A DNA stretch of 64,000 bases, from assembly GCA_977017645.1 (NCBI GenBank), contig OZ360242.1, positions 28,644,001 through 28,708,000 on the forward strand, given 5' to 3'. Position 1 is the stretch's first letter, and every line of letters begins with the position of its first letter. Below, one piece after another: positions 12,301 to 27,300 of this stretch. Under the pieces are notes generated by a model, which saw only the letters and a list, made by a program, of their open reading frames with translations, did no database searches and was not told the origin of the DNA. The position numbers and the translations under genes were made by a program. Origin of the DNA: Torpedo marmorata. Its lineage: Eukaryota.

Positions 12301-15300
12301 GAATCTGTTAAAACAAATTACAGGTGTCACATTTCCACAGAATCCTGATTTATTTTTATTAGGGAATGTGGAAGGAACTAGAACAAAGTTGAAGTTATCA
12401 ACATATCAACTGAAATTTGTAAAAAATTGCTTTAGCAGTAGCAAGGAAGTGTATAGCAGTAACTTGGAAATCAGATACAAATTTAGGCATGGATAGATGG
12501 AATATAGAGATGCGGAGTTGTATTCCATTGGAAAAAATAACATATGAGAAATAAATATGGGGTCTTCTTGCAAATTTGGCGTCCATATATCCAATCATTA
12601 GGTATGAATATTTAAATGTGTTGTTCTACATCCTAGACCCTGCTGACTCTCTCAAATTTAAATAATGAAAAAACTGTTGAATACCATGCTGTGGACCCAG
12701 CAGCGATCCGTACAGATGTTTTAATAAGTAATACTATAATGCCTTCTTTTCTGTTTTCTTTTTAGTTTTTAGTAAGGGGAAGGAATTAAAGGGAGGGGAA
12801 GGGTGGAGGGTGGGGTAGAAACATTTAATACTTAATACTAAGTAATAATTTTAATTGAAATGTTTGGAAGATATAAGGGGTTGGGGGAGTTAAGGTAGGG
12901 TTAGATACACTATGTAATACAAATTATGGTTTTTTTATTTACTGGAATTAATAATGTATATTATATACGTTGTATTACTGTGTGAAAAATAAAAAAGATT
13001 AAAATAAAATATTCAAAAAAACAAAATAAAAGTAGAAAATGATTTCAGGAATATTCCCAGTACTAACCATGTGCAAGTGAGAACAGAAATGAATGGACGT
13101 GAACAGTTTAAATAGGGAGGAACTTGAGGAAAGGTGCATGAAGAGAACACGGAGATCTTTGGGGCATTGGAATTGGTTCTGGGTCATGAGACAACTTTTC
13201 AACAGGACAGGATGGTCTTCAACAGGACTGTCACCGGTGCTCTCTCAGAGAAGTACACAGGCACAGGGATGAAAAAAATAAATTCAACTGAAGGGGGATG
13301 AACATCAGCAAATAGAAGTAGAAAAGAGGTACACAGTGCACAAAGATGTGAGATTGTTAGATAATATTAGGGAATGAATGAACACTATTATATATTAGTA
13401 GTTCTGGAAGGAATACAGAGGCAAGTTTCGAGTACATGTACATAAGATTTGTGAACTGTCCACATGTGAACTGCAAAGGCATTTCAGAGAGCAGCTGACA
13501 GTCAACCACATCCATGGTTCTGGAGTCAAATGAAGGCCTGGTTGGCAAGTGCAGAAAATTTTCTTCCCCAAAAGTCATTCGCGGACTAAATGAGTGTTTA
13601 TGGCAAGCAGCCAATTCATGGTCACCATTACAACCGATTGCATGTTTATATTTCTCATTTATTTAATCAAATGAATTATCAAAGCATCTGAATTTACATT
13701 TCAGGATTATTAATTCTTATCAAACCAGCAATACATCATTACCCAAGTCTAACCCATAACGTTGATTATTTAGCACAGAATGAAATTAATTTCATACTTG
13801 CGGTATTGTTGGATATTCCTCGTAATTGGAGCTGACTAATAAATATCAAGACTTCCCCAGGAGGTCTCAATCTTTTGATTTTCTTGATAAATCTTGGCAG
13901 AGCTTCATAAAGGGTAGGCTGTATGGGGTAAATTGGAAAAGGTAGAGATTGCCATCAAATTTCTAACTGAACATATATCCTGAAATGCCAGGAAGAGGAT
14001 CATAAAACATTTATTCATTAATGAAAACACTTAGCACGTCATTAGCAATTCCTCCCATCAAAAATCCAAAACCAATGTCATCTGCAAGTGACAAACATGT
14101 TGGAACAAAAGGAATACAATGACTGGTAAAAGTAATGCAGCATTTCTCCATCCCAACTTGGGAATGTATCAATTTGGGTTTCACCAAATCATACTGACAC
14201 AGAACATAGAACACAGAAACAGGCTACAGCCAGTAGAGTGGGAGTGTGCAGCCTCAGTCAGAGGCTGAGCAGGGTGCTGGGACCAGACCAAAGTTGTGGA
14301 ACCAGGGGTGGAGTGAAGAATGAGATGGTTGGGAAACGGGGTGCTCATATTGTGGTAACAGAGGAGAAGGAGCAGAGGTGGCAGTCGAACCAGGGAAATA
14401 ACAACGATTACAATGTCTCAAATTCAGCTACTTCAATCAACTTCCATTCTAGTAAACTATACCTTGTTTATTTGATTCCATGTGTGAGTCAACGCCAAAG
14501 GAAGATTTCCAAGGGTTTGTATTGTAGATGATGACCACGATGAAGGAAAACTACAGACAGAGAAGAATGTCTCTGAGTTAGTAATGCACTGCAATAAACT
14601 GTATCAATTTTATTCAAGGTTTTTCATACCTGAGGTTCAATCAGAACAGTGAAAATTAAACTGTAAGATTTAACTTCCAAAGTCAAAAACACAAAAGATA
14701 GGTCGCTGTCAAAATGATTCCCAATTGGACTTTTGAAGGAAGATAGCAAAATGAAGAAAAGCCCTCTTCACTTTTAGTGTAAGTCCACCATTTCAGAATA
14801 TGTACCATTGGAACAAACAATAGAATGCCAAGGAATATTCGATACTGAGAAAGAAAATAACCAAGGGAAGACGAGAACCGCAGATCCAGTAATCCTGATC
14901 AAAATAACCTCTATCATTTCATCTCCAATACACAAGGAAGGGATGTTCCATGCACAAGAATGGCTTGGGCTAACATACATTGATCCCAGACCTTCGTTAA
15001 AAGGTGCCATGTTTCAGGAATAAGAGTGCTGTTGTTTAAAGGCACCTGCTTCCGTGGCAGTTAAATAGTTTGTTGTGCAGACAAAGTGCACATTCTCCAA
15101 AGATAGTGCCCAGCAATACAAGTTGTCATGAGATATGAAATTCAGACATTCTGGTGTGATCTGTTTTGTAATTTGTGAACATTTCACACTCACCCATATT
15201 TGCTGGCTCCACTTTGAAGGCGATATTCAATTGCACGTTTCTGATCATCTCGATACGTGACACATTTCTTTAATTCATCCAGAACAGATATATCAGATCC

Positions 15301-18300
15301 CATTATTGTGGATGCATCAAGGTCACAGACCAATCCACCTAGTACTGTCAAGCTCTCCTTTGTCAGGTTCTTGTTGTTGGTAACTCCCTGAATTGTTATG
15401 AAAAGAGCAACATTAATTCTGCAGTACGTATATCATCATGCACAAATTAAACTCTGTTCATCATTCCTACTTTAAGACCACCCTCATTGTGTGGATGAAC
15501 ATTGCTACAATTTATCGGCACATCGAGAACATGGAAGAATATCAGCTGGTTTTGAATTCCACCTCCAATTCCCAACGCAGCTTCAGCTCAGCGGGTCTCC
15601 AACATTTATCACACTGATTAACAACGTTTAAAACTTCTCCTGACTTTAGGTGTCATAGTTACATATTCGTTAGAAATTTAAATTGTGTGATCAGCTGTAT
15701 GAACTCAGGTTTTTCACTCTATTCAGTGTGTCCAAGATATCAGTTTAATCAACCCCGAGTTTACTCTTAATACTTACCAAACACGTTTTGGCATCTTTAA
15801 GAATATTTTGTTCTCTTGCTGAGACTTTTCTTAAAATATTTATATTTGATTTCCCGACTAATTTGAAGAATTCCCGACAGTTGGATAAAGTCCTGAAGTA
15901 TTGATAACTATAAAGTGAAACAGAAAATACACACAGGTTATATTGACGATATGAAGTTATTTGTACTTTTCCCAACCCTAATTAATATGCTTTAATCTCC
16001 ACTCCACTCTGTCCCTCTCAAAAGACTCCCTTGCTATTCTCAATTTATTGCCACATGAAAGAAAATGTACAGTAAAACCCCTGGTATCTGGCACCTATGG
16101 GGACTGGTAGATGCCAGATAAGTGAATTTTCTGGTTGCTTGAGGTTGCGTGTTGCATCATGAGCGAACTAACCACTAGGGGCGCCAATTTTAAACTTCCA
16201 TATTTTTTACCTATTTATTTTCCGTGATTGTTTTGCCAGTTGCTTGAGGATGCCGGTTGATTGAATTCCTGATAACTTGGGTTTTAATGTACATATTCCT
16301 GAAGTGACTCGGAGGAAATTGAACTAGCATTTCTTGGCACGAGGTATAATTTTTGTGTGTCGGATGCACAGGAAGTGACATTATTCCCTGACTGGACCAA
16401 TGCCCTGGGCATTGATTCAGTCTTGTTGGCACGGCAGACCTATGATCATGCAGCACATCTAACGTGGTGCACGACAATTTCTGTGTCCTACTTCCCAGAT
16501 GAAATGTAGTGTGGGATCCCTGAGTTTGCCATTCCCTGCTCCCCCATTGCCCTTGGGCACTGTGGAAAACTGCCACATTCAGGAGTAAGCAAAATGCTTT
16601 TGGTCAACATGCTCAGGTTATATCCCTATGGAAGTTACTACTTCAAGTACTTTAGGTTACTGCAGATTTGGAAAACGTATCAATGGTCTATTCAACAAAA
16701 TAAATGGAAAATTCCAAAGAAAATGTAACATACTTGAATAGCAGAACATCCCTGGGTAAGACGTCCAAGTTGATTTCAGTTCTATTAGAAGAGAGTCTAC
16801 CAGACAGACACTCAAGCTAAAAATAAAACAGGACATAATGTCACATTGGGAACAGAAGCAGAGACAAATTGATCTCCCAGTTATTTCCTCACAATGTCCA
16901 GCTATTTTTTGATGCAGGAGAAGGTTAACTGTGGAGCTTCTTCAAGACTCTGAGCACCAGGACAGGGACAATTTGTCCAACTTAAAAAATGCAACATTTA
17001 GCATGAATCAACTTCATTAAGAATACATATTATTCACATTTCGGTTGTTGGGAAATGAGTATGTCTCCGTGAAAGCCTTTGGTGCTCACAGCTCAGCTCA
17101 ATTCTTAGGTCACACATGATTGTCCTTTCATTGGAATTTATTGACAAAGTAAACAGCTTTGAATTTGTATTCAAACCAGTCCATCAATGACACTGAATGG
17201 CTACGATTTCAAACTTTCATTTCTGTGGATGTTCTCACCTGACTTTCATCCAGTGCAACCTCTTTAACCTTCAATGCTTGAACAAGCTTCAGAAATGTCG
17301 GGAAACTTAGGGTTTTCGTTGCACCACAAGTAAAGCCTTGCAGGACAGAGGGTGAAAATCTGGAACAAGTCATGGCATTATTAATTTCTAAACCGCACAG
17401 TATTTCCAGAACTTTTAAACCTATCATCGCAAACTCCATCCACATCACTGCATCTCTAGCACACATCTAATGATTGTCTGAATTGCGCCATGATTATTTT
17501 ATTTCTATGAACGAGCAACAATCATGAGGGACTAAACTGTTGAATAAGCCCTACCCGTGATGTTTCTTTTATTGCAATAAAGAAACTTGGGTTCTTTTAA
17601 AACTATACTTTATTAGCTATAGAACATGACCATGTGGAGGCATCCATCTTGAATCCAACCCAAGCTGCAAACAAATTAGTCTCCGACTCCCTCTTGTGGT
17701 CAGGAGTCTCACTAACACTCTATCACAACATCCCCTATCCTTGAGATGTTTAATCTAACAACATGACACACTAATACAGTATTCATTTCAATTTACAGTT
17801 CAACACAAACATAAACATCAGCAGCACAAACTTAAACATCAGCAGCACAAACTTTTTAAGTGTGCAGTTCTTTTTCTTTTAGAGATTCAGTCTGTCAGGT
17901 GCTTTGATAACACATGTGGATCTTCTTAACACAGGTGCTTGTGACGGCTCTGCTGGTCCACTACCGTTTCCTCTGTTGCTGTGCAGGCTGGATCTTCTGC
18001 ATTTGTCTGTTCCTGCAGTGTCTCTTGCGTTTTCAGACGCTTTTGTTTACGTTTGATATCATCGATATCTCTGTTCTTGTTTGGGTCTGTAGAGTAGGCA
18101 AGTGTGGTGTGTAGTCTACGTCCCATCAGAAGCTCAGCGGGTTACATGCCATGTTCAAGTGGCGAAGGTCTGTTACTCAATAGAGCTAGATACGGATCTG
18201 AGCCACTGTCTTGTGCTTTCTAGAGCAACTGTTTAACTATGTGAACTCCTTTCTCTGCTTTACCGTTTGACTGTGGATGCAGAGGACTTGACGTTACATG

Positions 18301-21300
18301 TCAAAAATCATACTCTTCTGCAAAGTTCTGGAATTCTCTACAGCTGTAGCATGGTCCATTGTCACTGTAGACAATTTGAGGAATTCCATATCTTGCAAAG
18401 ATCGATTTCATATATTTGATCACACAAGCAGCAGACATATTAGGAAGCAGCACAATCTTTGGATAGTTCGATAGATAATCAATAACCAGCAAGTAATTAT
18501 TTCCATCCATGTGGAACAGATCAGTCCCAACTTTCTGCCACGGTTCTGCTGGTAAGTCAGTTATGATCATGGGTTCCTTTGTCTGCTTTGCGTGATGTTT
18601 CAAACCGGTCTCACAGCTTGAAACCATCCTGTCAATGTCAGCATTTATCCCTGGCCAATAAACAGCAGTTTTGGCCCTCCTTTTGCATTTTTCCATTCCA
18701 AGGTGCCCCTCATGCACCCTTTTCAGCATCTCTTGTCACAGTGATTGAGGAATGATAATTCTGCTCTGTCTGAGTAGAAGCCCATTGACAACACTCAGCT
18801 CAGCTCTGATATTGTAGTATGGCTGACATTCACCTCTCGACCATCCTTCATTCAGATTCTTGATGACCTTCTGTAGAACTGTGTCCTTTTCTGTTTCAGC
18901 TGCAATCTGCTTGGATTTCATGTCAGATACGGGAAGAGATTCAGTGATCAGATTTACGTGGAGATTCATATCTGTCTCTGTGGAACTCTTATTGTGTGCT
19001 TCATTCTGCGTCGTTGCCCTGGATAACGCATCAGCTAACACAATAGTTTTCCCTGCTGTGTACACCCTCTTGACTAGGCTAAAGTTTTCACATGCTTTGT
19101 CACCCAGCAGTGATTCAAGTCTATCTAGGACTACTGTGAACCTGAGGTGGTGCTCTTTATCTTTAACTTTCACTTTGAATTTACATGTACCTTTCGTGTC
19201 GATGCTCTGTCCATTGTAGGCTTTGAGCTGTACAGGATTTGCGTGGATGTATGGCTTTATCTTCATTGCCCTGATGTCGTGCTCACAGATCAAATTGACC
19301 TTTGCCCCTGTGTCCAGCTTGAAAGAAATATTTGTTCCATTTGTATGTAATGACACAGTCCACTTGTCCTGCTCGACTCTGTTTATGCTTGGCTGTTCAG
19401 TGTCTGTTTGGTTTATAATCTTCCTGCACTACCATGCCAATGAAAAGTGTATCACTGAGGGCAGTTTCTTCTATTGTGTGTACAGTGTGCACGCTTTCAC
19501 TTCTGTGTTATTTCCCTTTGGAAAAACATTGCTTTGCATAATGATTCTGCCCTTTGCACTTATTACAGACTTTTCCATAGGCTGAGCATGGTTTTGGTGC
19601 ATGTTGAGTGCCACATCGTTTACAATTGAATGTCTCTCCACCTTTTGGTTGTTTCCTATATTTCATTTTTTTGCTTGTGTGTGTGAACACACACTGTGGC
19701 TACGGCTCTGCCTTCGTTTTCACTGGCTTTTGCACTCTCACCGAACTTTTTCGCGTGCTGCAGAGCTTATTCACTGGCATGGCATATCTTCACAGCTCCA
19801 GCTAAGGTAAGCTCTGTCTCTCGCAGCAACCTCACTCTCACTTTCTTATCAATAATCCCGAACACAATTTGACCACGGATCATTGAATCTTGCAGCGATC
19901 CAAAATTGCACGTTCTTGCTTTTAATTTCAAGTTCGTTAAAAAAGTATCAAAGCTCTCTCCCTGCAACTGCGTGCACGAGCGAAACACGTACCCCTCGAA
20001 CGTTTCAATTTTCTTTGGTGAACAGTGTTCATCAAACATCTCGATAACCTTGTCGAACTTGCCCTGGTCTTCTGCCTCGGCAAAAACAAATGTATTGAAA
20101 ACTTCTAGTGCTTGAGGTCCCGCCACGGTAAGTAGTAGTGCAATCTTCCGTGCATCAGGTTTGCTATCGAGTCCAATGGCTTGCAGGTACAGCATGAATC
20201 TTTGTTTGAACAGCCTCCACTCGTGGTTGACATTTCCAGTTCAATTTTCAACATCAGGAGCCTTCACACTTTCCCTTTCTGCTGATATCGACTGATCCTC
20301 ATTCTGCACACTCCTGGTGTTTCTTCCACTCCTGGTACCATGTGATGTTTCTTTTATTGTAATAAAGAAACTTGGGTTCTTTTAAAATAACTATACTTTA
20401 TTAGCTAAAGAACATGATCGTGTGGAGGCATCCATCTTGAATCCAACCCAAGCTGCAAACAAACTAGTCTCCGACACCCTCTTGTGGTCAGGAGTATCAC
20501 TAGCACTCTATCATGACACGACTGCTCAACTTGACATGAATGGTCTCTTGGTCCAATCCGTTCAATAATTTAATTATTTCAGTTAATGCTGCATTCTGAT
20601 GCAGCTTACTCTCACTTAAATCTCGTTCATTTGTATGGTTTAAAGATTGATTTTTCAGCATGCAACAGGAAAGAACAGGAAGGTTAGGATTTTATGTGTT
20701 GCAGGAGAGAAGCTGATAAACTGGAAAATCGACATTCAGAGAAAATTAGAGAATAAAAATAAAAAACAAAAATCTGGCAATACTCAGCAGGCCATGCAAC
20801 ATCAGTGGTGAGAGAAAGAGAGTTCAGATTTTAGGTCGACATCTTTAATTATGCTCTGGACTAAATATTCAGTTTGGGGGCAAACATGAAATTCTGCAGA
20901 CACTGTTTCTTGAAAAGAGTTCAGGCCCGAAATGTCAGTGATATATCTTTACCTCCTGTGGATGCTGCGAGACCTCCAGAATTTCTGTGCTTTTAAACAT
21001 TGGTAACTCAATAAAAGTCAACAAGAGCCCTCCTTCACAGCCGATTAAATAATAATGTAAACTGACCACTATAAAAAATCACTGAAATAAATGTGCCCGC
21101 TTTAGAAACTATGCATGAAAGCTCAAGCTAAAGTGGATGTCACGAACCATGACATCAACAGAGAGTCAAAAGATAACAAACGAAAAAAAGGCAGAAATTA
21201 AAAGAGCATTGCTCACGTCTCAAAATTGGTGCTTCTGATCACATTTGGAAAGAACACGGCAGACTGTGGAACAAAACCAATAACATTGTTAACTGATGCA

Positions 21301-24300
21301 ACAGGGTTATAAAAAATTTATACACAAATAACACACAAATGGGATGACATTCCTGACATCACTAAAATAATAAGCAAAAAATAGTTGGAGGAAATCAGCA
21401 GGTCAGACAGCATCCTCGAGTAGCTATAGTCAGTCAAAGTTTCGAGTGGAAACCCTTTATCAAGATTTTATAAAGGGTTTCAAATCGATGGACCATTTCA
21501 GCTCGTGGACGCTGTCTGACCTGCTGAGTGCCTCCAGCACTTCTTTGTGCAAGATTCCAGCACCTACAGCTTTGGTGTTTCTCTACTGCTAAATTAATGC
21601 ACATTTGCCAACAACATGGGGTAGGGTGGGTTTAATACTTTTTTTTATGAAGTAATATGGGTCGGCACAACATCGAGGGACGAAGGGCCTGCACTGTGCT
21701 GTACTATTCTATGTTCCAACAGCTGATTTTCTTTACAGACATGGTCAGTGCTTGTAAACAACAGGGTAATTTACCTGACTAGGCGTCCACTCTTTATTGT
21801 TTACATCATTGAGGCTCAGGTTGGAATTTAACAGCACAGGTGGAACCTCCGAGGCAAGAACAGATGGAATGTTCTTTACTGTTGCCACTGGGTTGTTAAC
21901 ATTCCTCAACACCTGATTTACAATGAAACAGAACATGATTTAATGGAAGATGAAAATAAGAATATGATAGCATTAACTTTGAAAATATAAATAGAGAGCA
22001 GGAAACCACTGACATATTACAACACTCACCTGAAGAACACAGATCGCTCGTATAGATCGTGGTGCTTGTCCAATGTTCTGAACAAATCTTACATTTGAGA
22101 TTACATTAATGAATATCTCAGGATTAATACTTCGGAACACGTCACTGGGAATACCGGACACCAGGGTTCCCACACCCAACAAACCATTTGTGTTATTCAC
22201 CTTGTTGTGAAGGGAAAGACAAATGAAGAGTTAATTTGCAAGCGGTGTTGTATAACAATATGATTTCCTCCTCATTTCACATGGCAGAGAATTGTTAGTG
22301 AGACAAAAGTGAAAATATTTCTTGTTACTCCAGTTGGTTTCACCTTTCTACATTTGGCTTCAAGATCAATTATACTGCATAAAAAAACAGTTTCACAAGG
22401 ACCATTTCACAGTGGGGAGGTTAATTGGAATTTGTGAATTAGGAAAATGATAGAAATGGTAGAAGAAATATCCTGAAACACTCAAAAGATCTTCAATTGA
22501 CAAAATTCAGCAGATTAAGCAGTTTTGTGGGGGCAAAAGAATGGTTGTCCATCAGAAGTGAGACTGGAGAGAGAGGACAACCAGAATAAAGTAATGTAGG
22601 AGGTAGGCTGGTAGCTGATAGGTGGAACCAGGTGAGAGGGGGATGAGGAGCAGTCAAACCAGATGACCCCATTGGTATGTGGGTTGATGGGCAGATGGAA
22701 CCAGATGAGAGACCCAGGGAGCAACACCGGTCCCGAACGCTGGCGCTGTAACAGAGTTGCGCTAACCACTACGCAAACCGTGCTGCCCAGTTCCAGAGAC
22801 GCTAGAGATAATACTATCACTAACTTTATTCACCCGTTGATAATTTTTTTATTACTGATTGGTTCATTGCTTACCTGGTAACCGCTTCTCAGTAACTTGT
22901 CTACTATGGAATTAGCCTGACCAACATTCCAGCCTTCGACGTTGCCCAGGCTTGGCAGGGCTTGCTCCAGAGTGTTCCCATCAATATTGTCAACCTGTGA
23001 CGATGATAGTCCGACGGCAGTTTGGCCCAAACTATTCAAAGTGCTGACTGAAAAGTTGTCGATTTTGCCCACTAAAACTATCGCCAGCTGAAAGAACCAC
23101 AAAGGTACATTATGACTTCTATCTTTTCAGGAGAACAGCTATCTTTCCAAGAGAAGACTTCACATGAACTCAACATGAATATATTTTACCTTGAGTTGTT
23201 CATCTGTTGGCTGCTCGGGAGGTAATGCACCATCAGTAGATGTGTTGGTTGTCACATTAAGCCCACATACATTATTTATCCTTCCAATTAAAGCCAACGT
23301 TTGCTGTGCAGTCAAGTTCTGAAGTAGATTAGTATTGGCAATGAAGCACAGCAGAGAGTTTGGCACACTGTAAAAGAATGCCAGTCAGGGTTAGCATCAG
23401 CATATCTTCCACTACTCCAGCCCTCCACACCCTACAGCTCTCGGAAGGATTGTTACCAATATCGCCAATAAAGATTTTCTTCAAAGATCGGCAAATTAAA
23501 TATTTATGAGGAACATATGTGGTGGCACAGACCCAAATATCATTGGATTAAATGGTATCAGTTGACGTACAATTTGATGCACAATTTCCCCCACAATATT
23601 AAATTCTTCAATTCTGAGAATATTTTCTTTTTTTTCAAAATCCATAAAGATGGGGCGGCACGGTTAGCGTAGTGATTAGCGCAACTCTGTTACAGCGCCA
23701 GCGATCGGGACCGGTATTCGAATCCCGCGCTGTCTCTGAGGAGTTTGTACGTTCTCCACGTGTCTGCGTGGGTTTCCTCTGGGGGCTCCAGTTTCCTCCC
23801 ACCGTTGCAAAAGTACCCGGGCTTGTAGGTTAATTGTGTGTAATTGGACACCACGGGCCCGTGGGCCGAAATGGCCTAATACCATGCTGTATGTCTAAAA
23901 AAAATAAAACTTAGGAAGTTGTGTCAGTAGAGGATCTACACTTCTGAATATCTAGTCTGTCATCCAAGACATTATTCATTGTATTCATGGATTTTCAAAT
24001 CTTTGTTGGTTTATTGTTACAGTCTCCGCATCTTGGTCATCTTTTATTCATTGCCACCAATCAAATTAAGCAAAAACTTCACTAAATTGATTTATTTTTA
24101 CTTATTATCATTATCAGAATTTATTGTTATGAACAAGTCATGAAATTCGGTGTTTTGCGGCAGCATCATAGTGCAAACATTCATATTACAACCATCTTAC
24201 GACATTACTATAAAAAAAGTATAAATAATAGTGCAGGAAAAGTAAGGCAGTGTCTTTGGTTCATTGATTATTCAGGAATCTGATGGCAGCGGGGAAGAAG

Positions 24301-27300
24301 CTGTCCTTATGCCGTTGAGTGCTCGCTTTAGGCTCCTGTACCTTTTTCCCGATGGCAGCAGAGTGAAGAGGGCATGGCCTGCGTGGTGGGGGTCTTTGAG
24401 GACAGAGGCTGCTTTTTTAAGACACTGCCTCATGCAGATGTCCTCGATGGAGTGAAGTCTGGTGCCTGTGACGTCACAGGCTGAGTTAACAACCCTCTGG
24501 AGTTTATTCTTGTCCTGAGAGTTGGCGCCTCCATACCAGGCAGTGATGCAGCCAGCCAGAATGCTCTCCATGGTACACCTGTAGAGGTTTACGACAGTCT
24601 TCGGTGACACACTGAATCTCCTCAGACACCTCACAAAGTATAGCCGCTGACGAGCCTTCTTTGTGATTGCATCAACGTGAAGGCTCCAGGACAGATCCTC
24701 TGAGATGTTGACACCCAGGAATTTGAAGTTCTTGACCCTCTCCACTACTGAGCCCTCGATGAGGACTAGATCGTGTTCCCCTGACTTCCTCCTGAAGTCC
24801 ACAATCATCTCCATGGTTTTGCAGACATTGCGCGCAAGGTTGTTGTCGTTACACCATTCAACGAGCTGATCTACCTCCCTCCTGTACGCTTCCTCATTGC
24901 CGTTTGTGATTCTGCCAACAACTGTGGTGTCATCGGCAAACTTGTGGATGGCATTGGAATTATGCCTGGCCACACAGTCATGGGTGTATAACGAGTAGAG
25001 CAGTGGACTAAGCACGCATCCTTGGGGTGCGCCTGTGTTGATAATCAGTGAGGAGGAGACGTTGTTTCCAATTCGTACTGACTGTGGTCTTCCGATGAGA
25101 AAGTCAAGGATCCAGTTGCAGAGGGGGGTACAGAGGCCTAGAGTTTGTAGCTTCTTGACCAGCACTGAGGGAATAATGGTATTGAAGGCCAAGCTGTAGT
25201 CGATGAAGAGCAGCCGTATGTATGAATTGCTATTTTCGAGGTGATCCAGAGCTGAGTGGAGAGCCAGCAATATTGTATCTGCTGTGGAGCGATTGTGACG
25301 ATAGGCAAATTGCAGTGGTTCCAGATCTTTGCTTAGGTACGTGTTAATTCTGGCCATGGCCAGCCTCTCAAAGCATTTCATCGCAGTAGAAGTTAGTGCT
25401 ACTGGGCGGTAGTCATTGAGGCAGCTCATACTACTATCTAGAATCTAGTTTTTCAACTGAATAAAGTGCTTCTGAAATAAATGCGACCAATCAAATTCTA
25501 CTGCCACAATGTAACACTCACATCATCCAAAGAAAATCTCTCCAAATTCTACTCCCAAAATATCTACATTATTGAAACCTACAAATTATATCAATCAAAT
25601 GTTACCAAATGAATCAAATTCGATATACCGTATATATATTTTTTAAATTTAGACATTCAGCACGGTAACAGGCCATTTCTGCCCATGAGCCCGTGCCGCC
25701 CAATTACACACAATTAACCTACAACCCCCAGCACATTTCGAACAGTGGGAGGAAAAAAAGCCCCCGGGGAAAACTCACACAAACACGGGGAGAACGTACC
25801 AACTCCTTACAGATAGCGCGGGATTCGAACCCTGGCCCTGATCGCTGGCTTGTAACAGTGTTGCGCTAACAGCTACGCTAACCGTGTCACCCCTGGAAGA
25901 TCATTAGACAGAATCTAATCGTGTTCGACTGCAAAATTTCATCTAATCAATTTCCACGCATGATAAAGTGTTACAACTTAGCTGTAAACGTGAATCCATC
26001 AAGTTCCCTACCCCTCTTCAATGGAAAACATGATGCACCCTTGCCTTTGAACATCCTGGACTTTGGATATCCTGCTCCAGCCCCTGCATCATTTGATTAC
26101 ATCCATAGTACAATACATGTCACAATATCACACGATATAAAAGCAGAAGTAGGCCAATCGGCCCGTCAGGTCTGCTCTGCCATTTAATCATGAGCTAATC
26201 CTTATCTCTCAGCTCCACTCCCTGGCCTTCTCCCTGTAATTCTTGATGCCCTGACTAATTAAATACCTGTCAATTTCTGTCTTAAATACACCCAACGAAC
26301 TCCCTTCCTCTGCCGCCTGTGGCAACAGGTTCCACAGACTCATGACCCTCTGCCTAAGAAATTTCTCGCCATTTCTGTTTTAAATTGACACCCTTTTAAA
26401 TTGTGGCCTCTTGTCCTAGACTCCCCTACCATGGGAAACAACTTTGTCACATCTACTCTGTCCAGGCCTTTCAGCATTCAAAATGTCTCTATGAGATCCC
26501 CTCATCCTTCTGTACTCCAACGAGTGCAGTCCAAGAGCCGATAAAACATTCCTCCTACGCTAACCCTTTCATTCCTGATATCTTTCTTGTAAATCTTCTC
26601 TGAACCCTCTCCAATGCTTGCACATCCTTTCCCAAATAAGGCGCACAAAACTGTACACAGTACTCCAAGTGAGGTCTCACCAGCGCCCTATAGAGTCTCA
26701 TCATTACATCCCTGCTCTTGTATGCTATTCCTCTAGAAACGAATGCCAACATTGCATTCGCTTTCTTCACTGCCGACACAACCTGGAGGTTAACTTTTAG
26801 GGTATCCTGCATGAGAACTCCCAAGTCCCTTTGTACCTCCGAATTTTGAATTTTCTCCTCATCTAAATAATAGCCAGCCCTTCTATTACTTGTACCAAAG
26901 TGTATGACTGTACACTTCCCAACATTGTATTTCATCTGCCATCTCTTTGACCATTCTCCTCATCTATCCAAGTCTCTCTGCATCCTTTCCGTGTCCTCAG
27001 CACCACCAGCTCTACCACCTATTTTGGTGTCATCTGCAAACATAGCCACAAAGCTATCTATTCCATTATCCAAATCATTTGTACAGAATGCAAAAAGAAG
27101 TGGCCCCAACACTGACCCCTGTGGAACACCACTAGTAACAGGCAACCAACCCGAATAGGATCCCCTTATTCCCACTCTGTTTCCTGCCTATTACCCAATG
27201 CTCTACCCATGCTAGTATCTGTCCTGTAATTCCATGAGCTCTTATCTTGTTAAGCAGTCTCATATGTGGCACCTTATCGAAGGCCTTCTGAAAGTCCAAG

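Larger units (their letters stand above)
1..15931. repeat. Tandem segmental duplication, copy 1 (matches 48104-64000)
   Basis: Near-identical sequence at offset 48103 drifting to 48069; paired ORFs such as 1249/49322 and 9107/57175; scattered SNPs and small indels. Confidence 0.98.

Noticed and set aside
9107-12496. Active or domesticated reverse transcriptase gene
   Set aside because: 5'-truncated with multiple frameshifts and stops, plus further copy-specific lesions.
17551-20523. Target-site duplication for the minus-strand Gypsy
   Set aside because: The flanks ctacc and cgact match only partly, so no TSD is claimed.
23652-23735. tRNA gene
   Set aside because: The A/B-box head runs into a SINE core and tail that is repeated several times in the window, and I could not support a complete cloverleaf.
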